From assembly GCA_032128875.1 (NCBI GenBank), contig JAVLKG010000004.1:448001-512000 (forward strand): a stretch of 64,000 bases of DNA, given 5' to 3'. The DNA is from Candidatus Melainabacteria bacterium 17Bon1m. Its GTDB lineage: Bacteria; Cyanobacteriota; Vampirovibrionia; Obscuribacterales; Obscuribacteraceae. A program made the translations under genes and the position numbers. The notes beneath the pieces were generated by a model. That model was given only the letters and a program-made list of their open reading frames with translations, had not been told where the DNA came from and did not search any database. The number at the start of each line of letters is the position of its first letter. The first letter of the stretch is position 1. Below, one piece after another: positions 20,736 to 30,840 of this stretch.

Positions 20736-22906
20736 ATTCCACCTAATTGGCCATGGTCGGGACTGCCCTTCAGGACCAAGCGGTTGAAGGGAATCTGTTG
20801 GCCGTAAATCAGGTCGAAGCCCATTCTCTGGTTGCCGGTAAGGAAGTCACGCGACAGAAGCAGCTTGAAATCCTGCGGTCCGATAGCGGCAGTCATCGAC
20901 TTGGAGTACGCCAACTTATCGATGAAGTTGTATCCGACCGAGCCGCCCAGCGTCAAGTATTTGCTCACTCTAAAACCGCCGGCTACGTAAGCAGAACGCG
21001 AGCCCTGAATGAACTGGTCAAAAACGAAGGGCGATTCACCGCGAATAGCCGACTGCGTATAGCCGAGTCTAATTTTGAAACGGTCGGCAACTGCCTCGAT
21101 ATTCGGACCGATCTGCGCCATAGCCATGGCGTCGCCGGTCGAGTAGTAGCGCAGTGCCAAGCCACCCGAAAGGTTTGACGAAACACCGTACTTCTCATTA
21201 CCGATCTTAAAGAGTGGATGGGTTGAGGCGCTGATGGTCTCTGAAAAACGGTAGGCAGAAACTGTTTTTGTCGAAGTGGATTTGTTGAATAGTTTTGCGT
21301 ATTCAGGAGTCAGGTTGATCAACTGAGGATTGTCTTGCGCCCAGCCTGCTGCCGACCTGAAACTCAAACTGGCGAGGAATGGGACCTTATTGGTGGTGCG
21401 CGTATCAACGAATTCGCTCAAAATGCGCGCACGTCTGAAACCGAAAAGACCGTCTTCCATGAAGCGGTTTACACCACCCTGATACCTGGTGGTTCTGCTG
21501 ATCTTATATTTGAGATCGCCAATCAGAAGATCCGAGTTGGAACCGTACGCCAGGTGAGCTTGCAAACGTTTGTTCTGAAAGCCGATTTGAGCGCCCACAC
21601 CAGGCAGGTTTTTCGTTTCGGATGTCGTTCCTTCTAATCGTCTTCCGCCCAACTGAAGCAGTGGCGCGTACGAAAGAACACCATATTTGCCAAGCGATCT
21701 ATGGAAATTCGGCCCCAGGTTGAGACCGCCGGACATCATGTTGTTGCCGATGTACGGAGTGATAGGGAAGACGACGTTATTTTCCTGACCGACGGTAGCG
21801 GTAAATTTCGGCAGCTTGACACCAAGCTTGCCGAACATCATCCTGCCACCAAATACGGTGAGGTTGTCGTGGTCCTTATAACGTTCATATACCATTTTTC
21901 TGGCGCTGAACTTAAAGCTTGCATTCTCGGGAATGTAGGCGTCCGGGTGCAATCTCTTTTCGAAAAGCTCATCTTGATAGTTGAGCGGCGCATAACCGAT
22001 GTTGCTCGAAACCGTAATCGGCTTCGGCATCTTCATGGTGCCGTTTCTGAAGTTCAAACCTTCGTCCGTACCGTAAGCTTTGCGCGCGACAATTGAAGTT
22101 CCTTGTACTTCGGTATCCGGGTTGGTGATCAAATATTCGTCTGAATTGACTTTGAATTTGAAAGCGCTGCCCGTCGTCACTTGTCCGTCGCGATAAATGC
22201 GCACATTGCCGCGCGCATCCATAAGCTCGGTGTTCTGGTCGTACATAATCATGTCGGCTTCCAGCTTGGAATTTTGACCGGCAATGATCGCGACGGCATT
22301 TCCTGTTCCTAGAAATGTATTTTTCTGTTGGTCGTATTCTGTGTCATCGGCAACGATTTGAATCGTTCCTTTGAGAGTGGTGTCTTCGTTGATGGTTAAG
22401 GAGCTCTCATCTATTTTTCCGAGCTCTGGCGAGATGTTTTCCGGCGCCGACTTGAGAGTGTCTGCAGCGGCTTTTTCCGGAGCGCCCATCTGTGGCGAGC
22501 CCACGCCCGAACCATCGGTAGCCCGCCCCGCCGGTGACTTGACGTTGATGTCGTATTCGAGAGATTCGTGAATCGGAGTTGCGAACTGATTCTTTTTATC
22601 TGCGGTCTCGGATGTTTCCGTGGCCGGACTTTCGTCGAGTTTTGGTACGAGCGGGTGCAGCAATGTGCCGACCGGCTCGGATTTTCCAGAATTCTTCGAT
22701 GAAGATTTCGCTTCAGACGGAAGCGCTTGACAAAGTGTCAGATTGCCAGAAACAAAAAGGAGGCAAAGAGAGGTTGCAAAGAGATTTCTTTTCACGCTCT
22801 TCGGGCTTGTCGAGCCGCCTGGTGAAATAATCTTTGCAAGTTGCGACAATCCGCACTGTGCAAGATTGTTTTTGATATAACGAGCCGACAAGGGCTTCAA
22901 AATCAT
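20732..22906 (-). CDS. lptD: LPS-assembly protein LptD/OstA-like
   Basis: OstA-like beta-jellyroll (IVADDTEYD..ATGNA-like, LEADMIMYDQ..ARGNVRI) followed by beta-strand-rich barrel; near the lpx genes. Confidence 0.7.
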   Translation of the reverse strand: MILKPLSARYIKNNLAQCGLSQLAKIISPGGSTSPKSVKRNLFATSLCLLFVSGNLTLCQALPSEAKSSSKNSGKSEPVGTLLHPLVPKLDESPATETSETADKKNQFATPIHESLEYDINVKSPAGRATDGSGVGSPQMGAPEKAAADTLKSAPENISPELGKIDESSLTINEDTTLKGTIQIVADDTEYDQQKNTFLGTGNAVAIIAGQNSKLEADMIMYDQNTELMDARGNVRIYRDGQVTTGSAFKFKVNSDEYLITNPDTEVQGTSIVARKAYGTDEGLNFRNGTMKMPKPITVSSNIGYAPLNYQDELFEKRLHPDAYIPENASFKFSARKMVYERYKDHDNLTVFGGRMMFGKLGVKLPKFTATVGQENNVVFPITPYIGNNMMSGGLNLGPNFHRSLGKYGVLSYAPLLQLGGRRLEGTTSETKNLPGVGAQIGFQNKRLQAHLAYGSNSDLLIGDLKYKISRTTRYQGGVNRFMEDGLFGFRRARILSEFVDTRTTNKVPFLASLSFRSAAGWAQDNPQLINLTPEYAKLFNKSTSTKTVSAYRFSETISASTHPLFKIGNEKYGVSSNLSGGLALRYYSTGDAMAMAQIGPNIEAVADRFKIRLGYTQSAIRGESPFVFDQFIQGSRSAYVAGGFRVSKYLTLGGSVGYNFIDKLAYSKSMTAAIGPQDFKLLLSRDFLTGNQRMGFDLIYGQQIPFNRLVLKGSPDHGQLGGI

Positions 22907-23223
22907 TGTTAGTCCTTCTGGTTTCTTCTGACTATCGGCGGTTTTTATTCTCGAGTTTCAAATCCCGCACCAACCGGCGCAACTGAATGAAACTCCACCG
23001 CGGATGTCAACATCGGGTGACAATACTATAAAGAAATGGCACTCAGGTCAAGGAACATCTACCAATCTAGTATTACTAAGCATGTATTCAGGGGAGCCGA
23101 CGCTGCGATTCAATTGAACTTTGTAGACGGCTAGACGTGTACAGCGTGCAAAGTGTTTCCATGAGAATTTATTAGCAACTTTTATTTCTTAGCAAACGAT
23201 ATATCGCCGCTCGAAATCGAATT

Positions 23224-24378
23224 ATGAACCCATTTGTTTTTCATGTACCTACCAAAATTGCCTTCGGAGAAGGACTGGCAAGCGGCACTGCCGATATTGT
23301 CAAGGAGTTGGCAGGTAATCGCGCCCTGATCCTTACCGATAAGCCTCTGATGAAGACAGGTATTGTCGAACAGATACTGATGGGTTTCGGTGATATGAAG
23401 TATGTCGTTTTTGACGATGTGCCACCCGATTCAGATGTCGATTGCGTTAATAAAGTGGCCGATTTGGCACGCGCCGAAGAATGCGATTGCATTGTGGCGA
23501 TTGGCGGTGGATCGGTGATGGATACGGCTAAAGTCGTAAACATTTGCCTGACGCTTGGCGGTGAAATTCTCGAATATCAAGGATTGAATAATATCGCAGA
23601 ACAATTGCTGCCACTGGTGGCGGTGCCAACCACGGCAGGCACCGGTTCGGAAGTATCGATGGTGGCGATGGTAAAAGACAGAGCAGAAGGGAAGAAACTG
23701 CTTTTCGGAAGTCGCTACTTGGCACCATCAGTGGCTGTTCTCGATCCCTTGCTTACTGTTTCTCTGCCGCCCAAACTGACCGCCGCTACCGGCTTGGACG
23801 CTCTCACACACGCAGTCGAATCTTATACGGCGGTAATCAGCAATTCTGTTTTTACAGATTCGCTTTGTATAGATTCTACTAAGATGATCTTCGAGAATCT
23901 GCGCGCTGCCACTAATGACGGTGGCAACATCGAAGCGCGATCACAGATGCTCGTTGCCAGTACTATGGCGGGTGTTGCTTTCACCAATTCAGGAGTTGGT
24001 GTGGTCCACGCACTTGCTCACTCGGTCGGTGCAAAATTCGGAACTCATCACGGCATTGCCAACTGCATCTTTCTGCCTCACGGAATGCAATTCAATATGG
24101 ACGCTGTGACTGAGCGATACGCCAAACTCTCACGACTGGTCGGCATGTCTACATCCAGTAAAGACTCAGTCGCAGCAGCGGAGTTGATTGAAGCAATCGA
24201 AAAGCTTTGCACCGACTGCGGCTTGCCCAGGCGTCTGAGAGATGCCGGTGTTCCGGAGTTGAAGAGTGACGACATTGAAGAACTAACCTTTTTAACAGGC
24301 TCGGATCCTGCCATAATGTTCAATCCTAAAGAATGTTCACCCGAAGATATTAAAGGGTTATACGAGAGGGCGTATTGA
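23224..24378 (+). CDS. Iron-containing (type III) alcohol dehydrogenase
   Basis: GGGSVMD, VPTTAGTGSE, GLDALTHAVE, VHALAH, HGIAN. Confidence 0.94.
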   Translation: MNPFVFHVPTKIAFGEGLASGTADIVKELAGNRALILTDKPLMKTGIVEQILMGFGDMKYVVFDDVPPDSDVDCVNKVADLARAEECDCIVAIGGGSVMDTAKVVNICLTLGGEILEYQGLNNIAEQLLPLVAVPTTAGTGSEVSMVAMVKDRAEGKKLLFGSRYLAPSVAVLDPLLTVSLPPKLTAATGLDALTHAVESYTAVISNSVFTDSLCIDSTKMIFENLRAATNDGGNIEARSQMLVASTMAGVAFTNSGVGVVHALAHSVGAKFGTHHGIANCIFLPHGMQFNMDAVTERYAKLSRLVGMSTSSKDSVAAAELIEAIEKLCTDCGLPRRLRDAGVPELKSDDIEELTFLTGSDPAIMFNPKECSPEDIKGLYERAY

Positions 24379-24785
24379 TGCAGTTTTTCGCAAATACCGA
24401 CGAGCTTCACCAAGTGATGAAAGAACTTTGGGCACGCATCGGCAGAGACCCTGACATGTCCGAGAAGCTTTTGCAGTCAAAATTAATCGTGCAGTTTCAA
24501 TACCGCGAGCCGGAAGGTCGCGTAACCGTCGACTGCTCGGACGGCAAAGAAATGAAAGTGATGGTTGGCAAACAACCGATCAAACCGATTGTCGAAATGG
24601 CTATGAAAGCAGATGTTGCTCATGATTTTTGGCTTGGTAAAGTAAACGTTCCTTTTGCAATCGTGAGCGGCAAAATCATGGCACGCGGCCCCGTCGCCAA
24701 GGCACTGCAGCTTTTGCCCGTCATCAAGCCTGCTTTCGATATTTATCCCAACGTCATCAGTCAGCACAAGAAAGTGATGGCTTAG
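24378..24785 (+). CDS. SCP2 (sterol carrier)-like lipid-binding protein
   Basis: MKADVAHDFWLGKVNVPFAIVSGKIMARG SCP2-like pattern; TGATG overlap with the ADH stop. Confidence 0.75.
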   Translation: MQFFANTDELHQVMKELWARIGRDPDMSEKLLQSKLIVQFQYREPEGRVTVDCSDGKEMKVMVGKQPIKPIVEMAMKADVAHDFWLGKVNVPFAIVSGKIMARGPVAKALQLLPVIKPAFDIYPNVISQHKKVMA

Positions 24786-24821
24786 CCTCAGCTGTCTGCG
24801 ACCAATAGGACACATTGAAAA

Positions 24822-25964
24822 ATGTCGGTGGTGACAATCGGCGAAGTCGTAGTCGACTGGATTTCGACAGAAATCGGTACAGATTTTACTGACGCCAGAG
24901 ATTTTGTTCGCTCCTTGGGCGGCAATGCTTCCAATGTGGCAATCGGTCTGGCGCGTCTAGGCGTGCCCGTTAGCTTGATCGGCAAACGCGGTGACGATCC
25001 GCATGGGAAATACCTCGACACTGTGCTGCAAAACGAAAAGGTCGATCTAAAAGATCTCATCGTTGATCAAGGCAGTCCGACTGCACAATGTTATGTGTTT
25101 CGCCACGAGCGCGAAGAATACAGCTTCTTCAACTGGCCGCGCCCGAACGCCAGTCATCTGCTTACCGAAGATGAAGTCAAAGAAGAATCGATTGCTGCTG
25201 CTGAATTTTTGCATGCCACCGGAATTTCTCTAACCATTGCGCCTCGAAGGCATGCAGTTATAAAAGCATTTAGGATCGCAAAACGGCTTGGTGTGCCGAT
25301 TTCCTTTGATGCTGGATTTCCCACAGGTGAAGACAGAGAGGCTCGCGAATTTGCCCTTACTGCACTTAAAACCGCAGATATCGTCAAAGTCAACTTAAGC
25401 GAATTGGAGTTTTGGACCGACGCACTCGAGCAGGAATCGAAGGCTGAGAAAAGAGCTGGCGCGTCCAGCGGCATCATGCCTAACAAACCTTTGACTGCGA
25501 CTATTGTCGAGCCGTTAGATAAGGACTCTAAGAGAGCATCTGACCAAGTCGTTCAATTGGGCAAAAAACTAAGCGCATTTTTGAACGGCGCGGACGTGAA
25601 GTCGGGTCCGCATCTTATAGTTACCCTGGGAGCGTCCGGCAGTCTGCTAGTGACGCGTTCGGGAATTGATGTTTTTGCTCCGCCACTGCCGGCTGATGCG
25701 GTTTCTGAATTAGGTGCCGGGGATGCTTTTATCGCGGGCATGATAGCCGAGCTGCTCAGGTTTGCAAAAGAGAAGGGACATGACTCCAGCGCCAGTGATG
25801 CACGTGTTTGCCCCGCATTTCTTGCCGATCTAAAAGACGCGGATTGGCGTCGAGTTTTGACTGCTGCCAATGCTGTGGGGGCTCTTTCGACACGTTCTAT
25901 GACCGCCTGGGAAGGGTTGCCCACCGGCGAGGAGCTGTCTTTATTAGTGAAAACCGTAGTCTAA
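24822..25964 (+). CDS. PfkB/ribokinase-family carbohydrate kinase
   Basis: GGNASNVAIGLARLG, GDDPHG, VKVNLSE, VTLGASG, GAGDAF. Confidence 0.9.
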   Translation: MSVVTIGEVVVDWISTEIGTDFTDARDFVRSLGGNASNVAIGLARLGVPVSLIGKRGDDPHGKYLDTVLQNEKVDLKDLIVDQGSPTAQCYVFRHEREEYSFFNWPRPNASHLLTEDEVKEESIAAAEFLHATGISLTIAPRRHAVIKAFRIAKRLGVPISFDAGFPTGEDREAREFALTALKTADIVKVNLSELEFWTDALEQESKAEKRAGASSGIMPNKPLTATIVEPLDKDSKRASDQVVQLGKKLSAFLNGADVKSGPHLIVTLGASGSLLVTRSGIDVFAPPLPADAVSELGAGDAFIAGMIAELLRFAKEKGHDSSASDARVCPAFLADLKDADWRRVLTAANAVGALSTRSMTAWEGLPTGEELSLLVKTVV

Positions 25965-26057
25965 CTGGCTCGTTTTACATGAAATCCTGGTCCCGCGGGC
26001 TATCTTTTGGCGGTTTCTAAGGGTAGACTAATCTTCGTATCAGTTACTGGTGCCTTT

Positions 26058-26192
26058 ATGGAAGCCATTGCCAATCTTGTCGGCATGTTTCATGTCGCAT
26101 CCATAGTAGTCATAATCGGCCTTGTCGCCTTTTCGCTATTGGTGATTTTTCTTCTGCTCAAGGTGTGGCAGCCCGACTGGGACGGCAATTAG
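26058..26192 (+). CDS. Small single-pass membrane protein
   Basis: 44-aa ORF from ATG 26058 with one long hydrophobic stretch. Confidence 0.5.
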   Translation: MEAIANLVGMFHVASIVVIIGLVAFSLLVIFLLLKVWQPDWDGN

Positions 26193-26228
26193 ACCGTCAG
26201 ACAATGTTTGTAAATTCAATCGTTCACA

Positions 26229-26948
26229 TCAAGGCGAAATAACTTTATCCGCCGAGAAAAGGTATTCGCTAATTGCGTACATGTTCGTGATTTGTTCAGG
26301 CTTTACTTTGTCTTTGAGCCCATAGAATTCGACACAGAGTCCGCAAGCAAAGACTTCCACGCCTTCTGCCTTGAAGTCGTCCAGAACTTTTCTTATTGAA
26401 GAATCCGGATCCATCAGACGCACGCCAGTGTTTGCCAGCAAGATTGCCTGCGGTCTGTGACCAGCTTGCAGTATGGTTTGCAAAAATACGTTCAGTAAGT
26501 TGACACTGAAATCCCTGTCGCCTTCTCCGAATGTGTCCTTCGCTATGAAAATTACACTGGTCTTTCTTGTTTGACCGGAATGGTTTTCTTGTTTTTTTGC
26601 ATTAGTTGCCTCGGAATCGTTCGAAGTTATCGATAATTTTGATAGTTTCGATTCTTGAGATTGCTGCGATTCTTGCGATACATGTGATTTATGTTTGTCT
26701 TGTGATTCTTTTTTTGAATCGATAACAACCACATATCCTTCATTGCTTTCTTTTGATTGAAGAGACAAGCCGAGTGAATTGGCAAGGCGAGTCAAGTTCA
26801 TTACATTGATGTCGCTGTCTACGAGAACTTCAACTGCACCCTCCGGCTTTTGATCGAGAATTTTCTTTGTGCGCAATACCGGCTCTGGGCACATAAGACC
26901 GCGCAGGTCTAATGTATTTGTTTGATCGTGTTTTTTGTCTGTGCTCAT
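26229..26948 (-). CDS. yedF: Selenium metabolism protein YedF (TusA-like plus DsrE-like domains)
   Basis: LDLRGLMCPEPV TusA motif; C-terminal NTGVRL..ACGLCVEFYGL..ITNMY; overlaps the selD stop. Confidence 0.88.
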   Translation of the reverse strand: MSTDKKHDQTNTLDLRGLMCPEPVLRTKKILDQKPEGAVEVLVDSDINVMNLTRLANSLGLSLQSKESNEGYVVVIDSKKESQDKHKSHVSQESQQSQESKLSKLSITSNDSEATNAKKQENHSGQTRKTSVIFIAKDTFGEGDRDFSVNLLNVFLQTILQAGHRPQAILLANTGVRLMDPDSSIRKVLDDFKAEGVEVFACGLCVEFYGLKDKVKPEQITNMYAISEYLFSADKVISP

Positions 26949-28003
26949 TTCTTTACCTCGATCTGACCAGCTTTTCCTTTTACAAATCCGCCGATTATGC
27001 TTGCTGTCAATCCGGCTGCAGTAAGCTCAGCCAGAAGGCGCATGGCTGGCTCTTCTTGGAGCGAGAACATGAGCCCGCCTGATGTTTGCGGATCGAATAA
27101 CAAGTCCTGCAATGCAACATCTATATCTTCGAGATTCATAACGTATGAGCTAAACGTATTTCTATTGCCGTAGGCGCCTGCAGGTACGAAACCTTGTGAT
27201 GCCAGAGCAACGGCACCGGCAAAAAACGGCAAATCATCTATATATAAGTACGCCGCTAATCCACTTGCTAAGGCCATTTCGGTGGTATGGCCAATCAAAC
27301 CAAAACCGGTTATGTCGGTGGCCGCATTTATCTTGTATTTCTTTGCAATCTCCAGCGCGCGCTTATTCAGGAGAGTCAGAGAGTCAATAAGCTGCTTGTA
27401 CTCTAGATCAGAAAGAGTGCCTCCTTTGAGCCCCAGAAGCATCACGCCTGTGCCAAGCGGTTTTGTCAGCAGTAGTACGTCACCATCCTTTGCACCGCCA
27501 TTGGTGAGTACTGATTGAGGGTTGATAACGCCCGTAACCGACAAACCGAAAACTGGCTCTGGTCCTTGAATTGAATGACCGCCTGCGACCGTAACTCCCG
27601 CTTCTGCGCATGCCGCTTGTCCGCCTTTCAAAATTTCTTCTACTACAGACAGAGGGTAATCGCAGGTGGGAAAACAGAGCACGTTAAGGGCGATTACCGG
27701 CTTTCCGCCCATTGCGTATATGTCAGATAGCGCATTAACTGCCGCAATGCGTCCAAATAGGAAGGGATCGTCTACTACAGGCGGGAAGAAATCTATCGTT
27801 TCAATAATTGCAATATCTTCTGTAATTTTGTAAACAGCGGCGTCTTCGAAATTATCCAGACTGGTGAGGAGTTCTGGGCATTGCGTCCTGGGAATGGAGC
27901 TTAGAACTTGCTTCAGCTCGATAGAACTAATCTTTGCCGCACAGCCAGCGGCTTTTACGTTGGCTGTCAATTTTCTTGAAGATTCATTATTGCTTGTGGT
28001 CAT
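26945..28003 (-). CDS. selD: Selenide, water dikinase (selenophosphate synthetase), Cys-type
   Basis: AAGCAAKI, EDAAVY, DFFPPVVDDP, ALSDIYAMGG, GGHS, TDITGFGLIGH, DPQTSGG; alternative start at 28039. Confidence 0.96.
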   Translation of the reverse strand: MTTSNNESSRKLTANVKAAGCAAKISSIELKQVLSSIPRTQCPELLTSLDNFEDAAVYKITEDIAIIETIDFFPPVVDDPFLFGRIAAVNALSDIYAMGGKPVIALNVLCFPTCDYPLSVVEEILKGGQAACAEAGVTVAGGHSIQGPEPVFGLSVTGVINPQSVLTNGGAKDGDVLLLTKPLGTGVMLLGLKGGTLSDLEYKQLIDSLTLLNKRALEIAKKYKINAATDITGFGLIGHTTEMALASGLAAYLYIDDLPFFAGAVALASQGFVPAGAYGNRNTFSSYVMNLEDIDVALQDLLFDPQTSGGLMFSLQEEPAMRLLAELTAAGLTASIIGGFVKGKAGQIEVKK

Positions 28004-28383
28004 TTTGTCTGCGTCGTGGTTGTCGTAAGGAACCCGCATGAATACTGGATATCTTGGAGTGGGTGGCGGGACTATCTGATCGTATGGTTGATTGTCTCAA
28101 GTGATGAACTTTTCTGTGTCTCATGTAAACCCGCATGATATGCAGTTCTTGGATGTGCCTTGGTTTTAGCCATTCCAAGAAACCTTTTAACTAAATTCAG
28201 CAATCACTTCTGAATTTGCAGCGTTTGAGGCATTCCAAAACGCGAGTGAGTGTAATACATTTATTGACGGAACCCACCTCGCAACAAGCATAGACGGTGG
28301 TCCTTGCGTAAGTCTACGCCTATTCGCGTACGTGGTTTCGTAACTTTTTTCTACCCCACTCAGATATTTAAGAAGGATCTGGC

Positions 28384-28590
28384 ATGCCAAAGAAAGTACT
28401 TGTGGCGCTTCCTCCCGGATTGCTGGAGCAGATTGACAGTGTTGCTCAAGTTGAGCACCGCACTCGCTCCGATTTGATAAGAGAGGCATTGAGACGCTAC
28501 ATCGACGGTTTCAAGCGTACTCAGGGACCGCGCATGTCAATCAGTTCCGTAGGCTCGCAAAAGATCGCCTTGCTCACTGAATCAGAGTAA
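28384..28590 (+). CDS. Ribbon-helix-helix (CopG-family) DNA-binding protein
   Basis: AAGGA RBS; KKVLVALP..LLEQID..A..EHRTRSDLIREALRRY. Confidence 0.88.
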   Translation: MPKKVLVALPPGLLEQIDSVAQVEHRTRSDLIREALRRYIDGFKRTQGPRMSISSVGSQKIALLTESE

Positions 28591-28782
28591 GCCGCTCTTA
28601 GTTAGCGTCAGCCTAATACCATTTTTCCTTAAATCGCATGGTAGTTTCCCCACTTAGTCTGTTGACTTCCGGGCGACTGCAACGCAGAATTTAATAGCCA
28701 AGCTCGGCGTAAAAGGCCCGTTACAAGAGAGGGGACCGAGACTTCGGTTAGGACATGAGCGTTGAAGTTCTAGGACGTAGCC

Positions 28783-29112
28783 ATGCAGTGGGGCAACATA
28801 CTGGTATTTGAAGTCCTGTTTATAGCCACCGTGGCTATGGGCTTAGGCTTCGCGCGTGCACCGCGGTGGCTGCTCAGACGCAAACTTCAAAAGGGCTTCC
28901 CCTGGGGCTACTATGCCGACCAGATTCCCCAGTCGGATCCCTACATGTTCAACGACAAAGATACAAACGACTTCTTGCACGATACAGGGCTCGAATTCGG
29001 TGGTCTGGACGGGGCTGGCGATTTCGGCGAATTCAGTGGATTCGGAGAATTGGGCGAATACGGTCAAAGCTTCTTCGGTGGCGATGGCGGCGGCATGGGC
29101 GGCGGCGAATAA
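28783..29112 (+). CDS. Small membrane protein with acidic Gly-rich tail
   Basis: AGGA RBS; N-terminal TM; C-terminus GDFGEFSGFGELGEYG..GGDGGGMGGGE. Confidence 0.7.
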   Translation: MQWGNILVFEVLFIATVAMGLGFARAPRWLLRRKLQKGFPWGYYADQIPQSDPYMFNDKDTNDFLHDTGLEFGGLDGAGDFGEFSGFGELGEYGQSFFGGDGGGMGGGE

Positions 29113-29191
29113 GCTGTACGGCGGCTGTTTCAAGCCTAGAATTTCTTTTGCCTAACTGCGCTAAACTGGTTGGGTATGAGGGAGCGGTGCC

Positions 29192-30721
29192 TTGGCGGAT
29201 CCTAATTTTCTTTGGCTGTACGGCTTCGTATTGCTGATTGGCGGCAGCCTTTTTACTAAAGAGAAAGTCAAGAAAGCTCTCACCGGGGCTTTGCTCGTCT
29301 ACGCCACGATTTTTGTGTGTCAGGGTTTGTGGAATTCGTCCCACAGTCCGGCAAAGAGTGGCAAGGGCGGTCTGGGCAACTCCAACAACGCCGATGTTCT
29401 GCTTAAGGTAGAGTCTGCAGTCAACACTTTTCAGCGCAATACCAGTTCATTTGCGCCTCCACAGCCCACAGAGGCTGTAAACAAGCGTCGAGCCGAGATG
29501 CTTATGCAGGCCGAAGACCTTCTCAAAAAGAGTGTCGCCGACCAACCCAACGACCCCATGATTTTGGCTCGAGCCATTATCGTCTCGAAAGAACTGGGTC
29601 GCCCGACAAGAACGAATATAGAGCGACTGGAAGCAATCAATACTGACAAGTCACGTCAATTGGCTCGTATTCTTGAAGCTCTCTACAACAATCCTAAAGC
29701 ACTTGATGCGCAGAAACGAAAAGCCTTAGCGACAGAAATCGAAACTGAATTCAACGGTTGGTATAAAACCGTCTCACTGATGCGCCTTTATACCGCAACA
29801 CATCAGATAGAAGCGCTCAAGAAAGTTACTGCAGAATTCGATGATGCCAATCTGCGTTTTGTCGCTCGTGGACTCTTTCTCATAGGAGTGGTCGGACTTG
29901 CATTTCTAGGTGGCGTGATCGTGATACTCGCCACGCTTTTTATGATGCCACGGCGCATAACACCGCCCGAACACAGGGAACAAGTTGCTTCTCCTCAAAA
30001 GTACGGCGCTTTAACCATCTATTCGGTATTCATTGCTTGGCTGGCAACGCAGCAGGTCATTTCGATTTTCTTGCAGTCTGCGCTTAAAGACGCCCAGCTG
30101 GCCAAACAAGGCGCATTAGTCGCCGGCTTGGTCATGTTCTTCATGTACTTGATAGCTAATGGACCTGGCATTCTGTGGGTTTATTTCCTTGCGCTCAAAC
30201 CTCGAGCAATCAAGCTTTTTGAAGGTGTTCGACTGCGTTTTAAAGTCGATCGCAACGGGCCGTTCAAACTGATTATGTACGGCGTTTTTACCTGGATGGC
30301 CGCCATTCCATGTGTTGTAGTCGCCTACTTGCTTGCTGCTAAATATCTGGGCTCTCAAGGCTCCAGCAACCCTGTTATTTCGTTTGTTATGCAAGCCGCC
30401 CGCAATAACAGCGTGGCTGCCGCAGTTATCTTCTATGTGACACTGGGAGTGCTTGCTCCTATTTGCGAAGAAATACTATTCAGGGGCTTTCTCTACACGG
30501 CTCTGAGGCGCTATTGGGGTATTTTGCCTTCAATGCTATTGTCCGCCGCGCTTTTTGCCGGTATACACCTGGATGCCGGCGGTTTTCTGCCGCTTATGAC
30601 CCTCGGTATGCTTTTCGCCTTCACGCTTGAGAAGACCCGCAGTATTTTGCCGTGTATGGTCGCCCACGGACTCTGGAATAGCGGCACCTTTACCATGGTA
30701 CTTCTGGTCTTCTCTCCTTGA
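29192..30721 (+). CDS. CPBP-family (CAAX/Abi) intramembrane metalloprotease with N-terminal helical domain
   Basis: APICEEILFRG, FAGIH, AHGLWN motifs; multiple TM segments. Confidence 0.9.
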   Translation: MADPNFLWLYGFVLLIGGSLFTKEKVKKALTGALLVYATIFVCQGLWNSSHSPAKSGKGGLGNSNNADVLLKVESAVNTFQRNTSSFAPPQPTEAVNKRRAEMLMQAEDLLKKSVADQPNDPMILARAIIVSKELGRPTRTNIERLEAINTDKSRQLARILEALYNNPKALDAQKRKALATEIETEFNGWYKTVSLMRLYTATHQIEALKKVTAEFDDANLRFVARGLFLIGVVGLAFLGGVIVILATLFMMPRRITPPEHREQVASPQKYGALTIYSVFIAWLATQQVISIFLQSALKDAQLAKQGALVAGLVMFFMYLIANGPGILWVYFLALKPRAIKLFEGVRLRFKVDRNGPFKLIMYGVFTWMAAIPCVVVAYLLAAKYLGSQGSSNPVISFVMQAARNNSVAAAVIFYVTLGVLAPICEEILFRGFLYTALRRYWGILPSMLLSAALFAGIHLDAGGFLPLMTLGMLFAFTLEKTRSILPCMVAHGLWNSGTFTMVLLVFSP

Positions 30722-30765
30722 GCCGGTAAGGTTTCCCGGCTATTTTGACTCGCTTAATGGGCATA

Positions 30766-30797
30766 TAGAAAAAAGACCGTTAACGGTCTTTTTTCCA
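30766..30797. repeat. 32-bp palindromic intergenic element, copy 2
   Basis: TAGAAAAAAGACCGTTAACGGTCTTTTTTCCA. Confidence 0.9.
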
Positions 30798-30840
30798 GAC
30801 CGATCTCTTGAATGAGAAGCGAAGTCGGGCAGGGGGTCAA

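Noticed and set aside
27930-27960. Selenocysteine (UGA) in the SelD active site
   Set aside because: The codon is TGT (Cys) and the frame is open without readthrough.
27987-28178. Small ORF upstream of selD
   Set aside because: No recognisable motif, overlaps the selD start, and nothing supports it over chance.
28591-28782. Riboswitch or ncRNA after the RHH gene
   Set aside because: Only a modest stem (CTCGG/CCGAG) and no match to consensus sequences I know.
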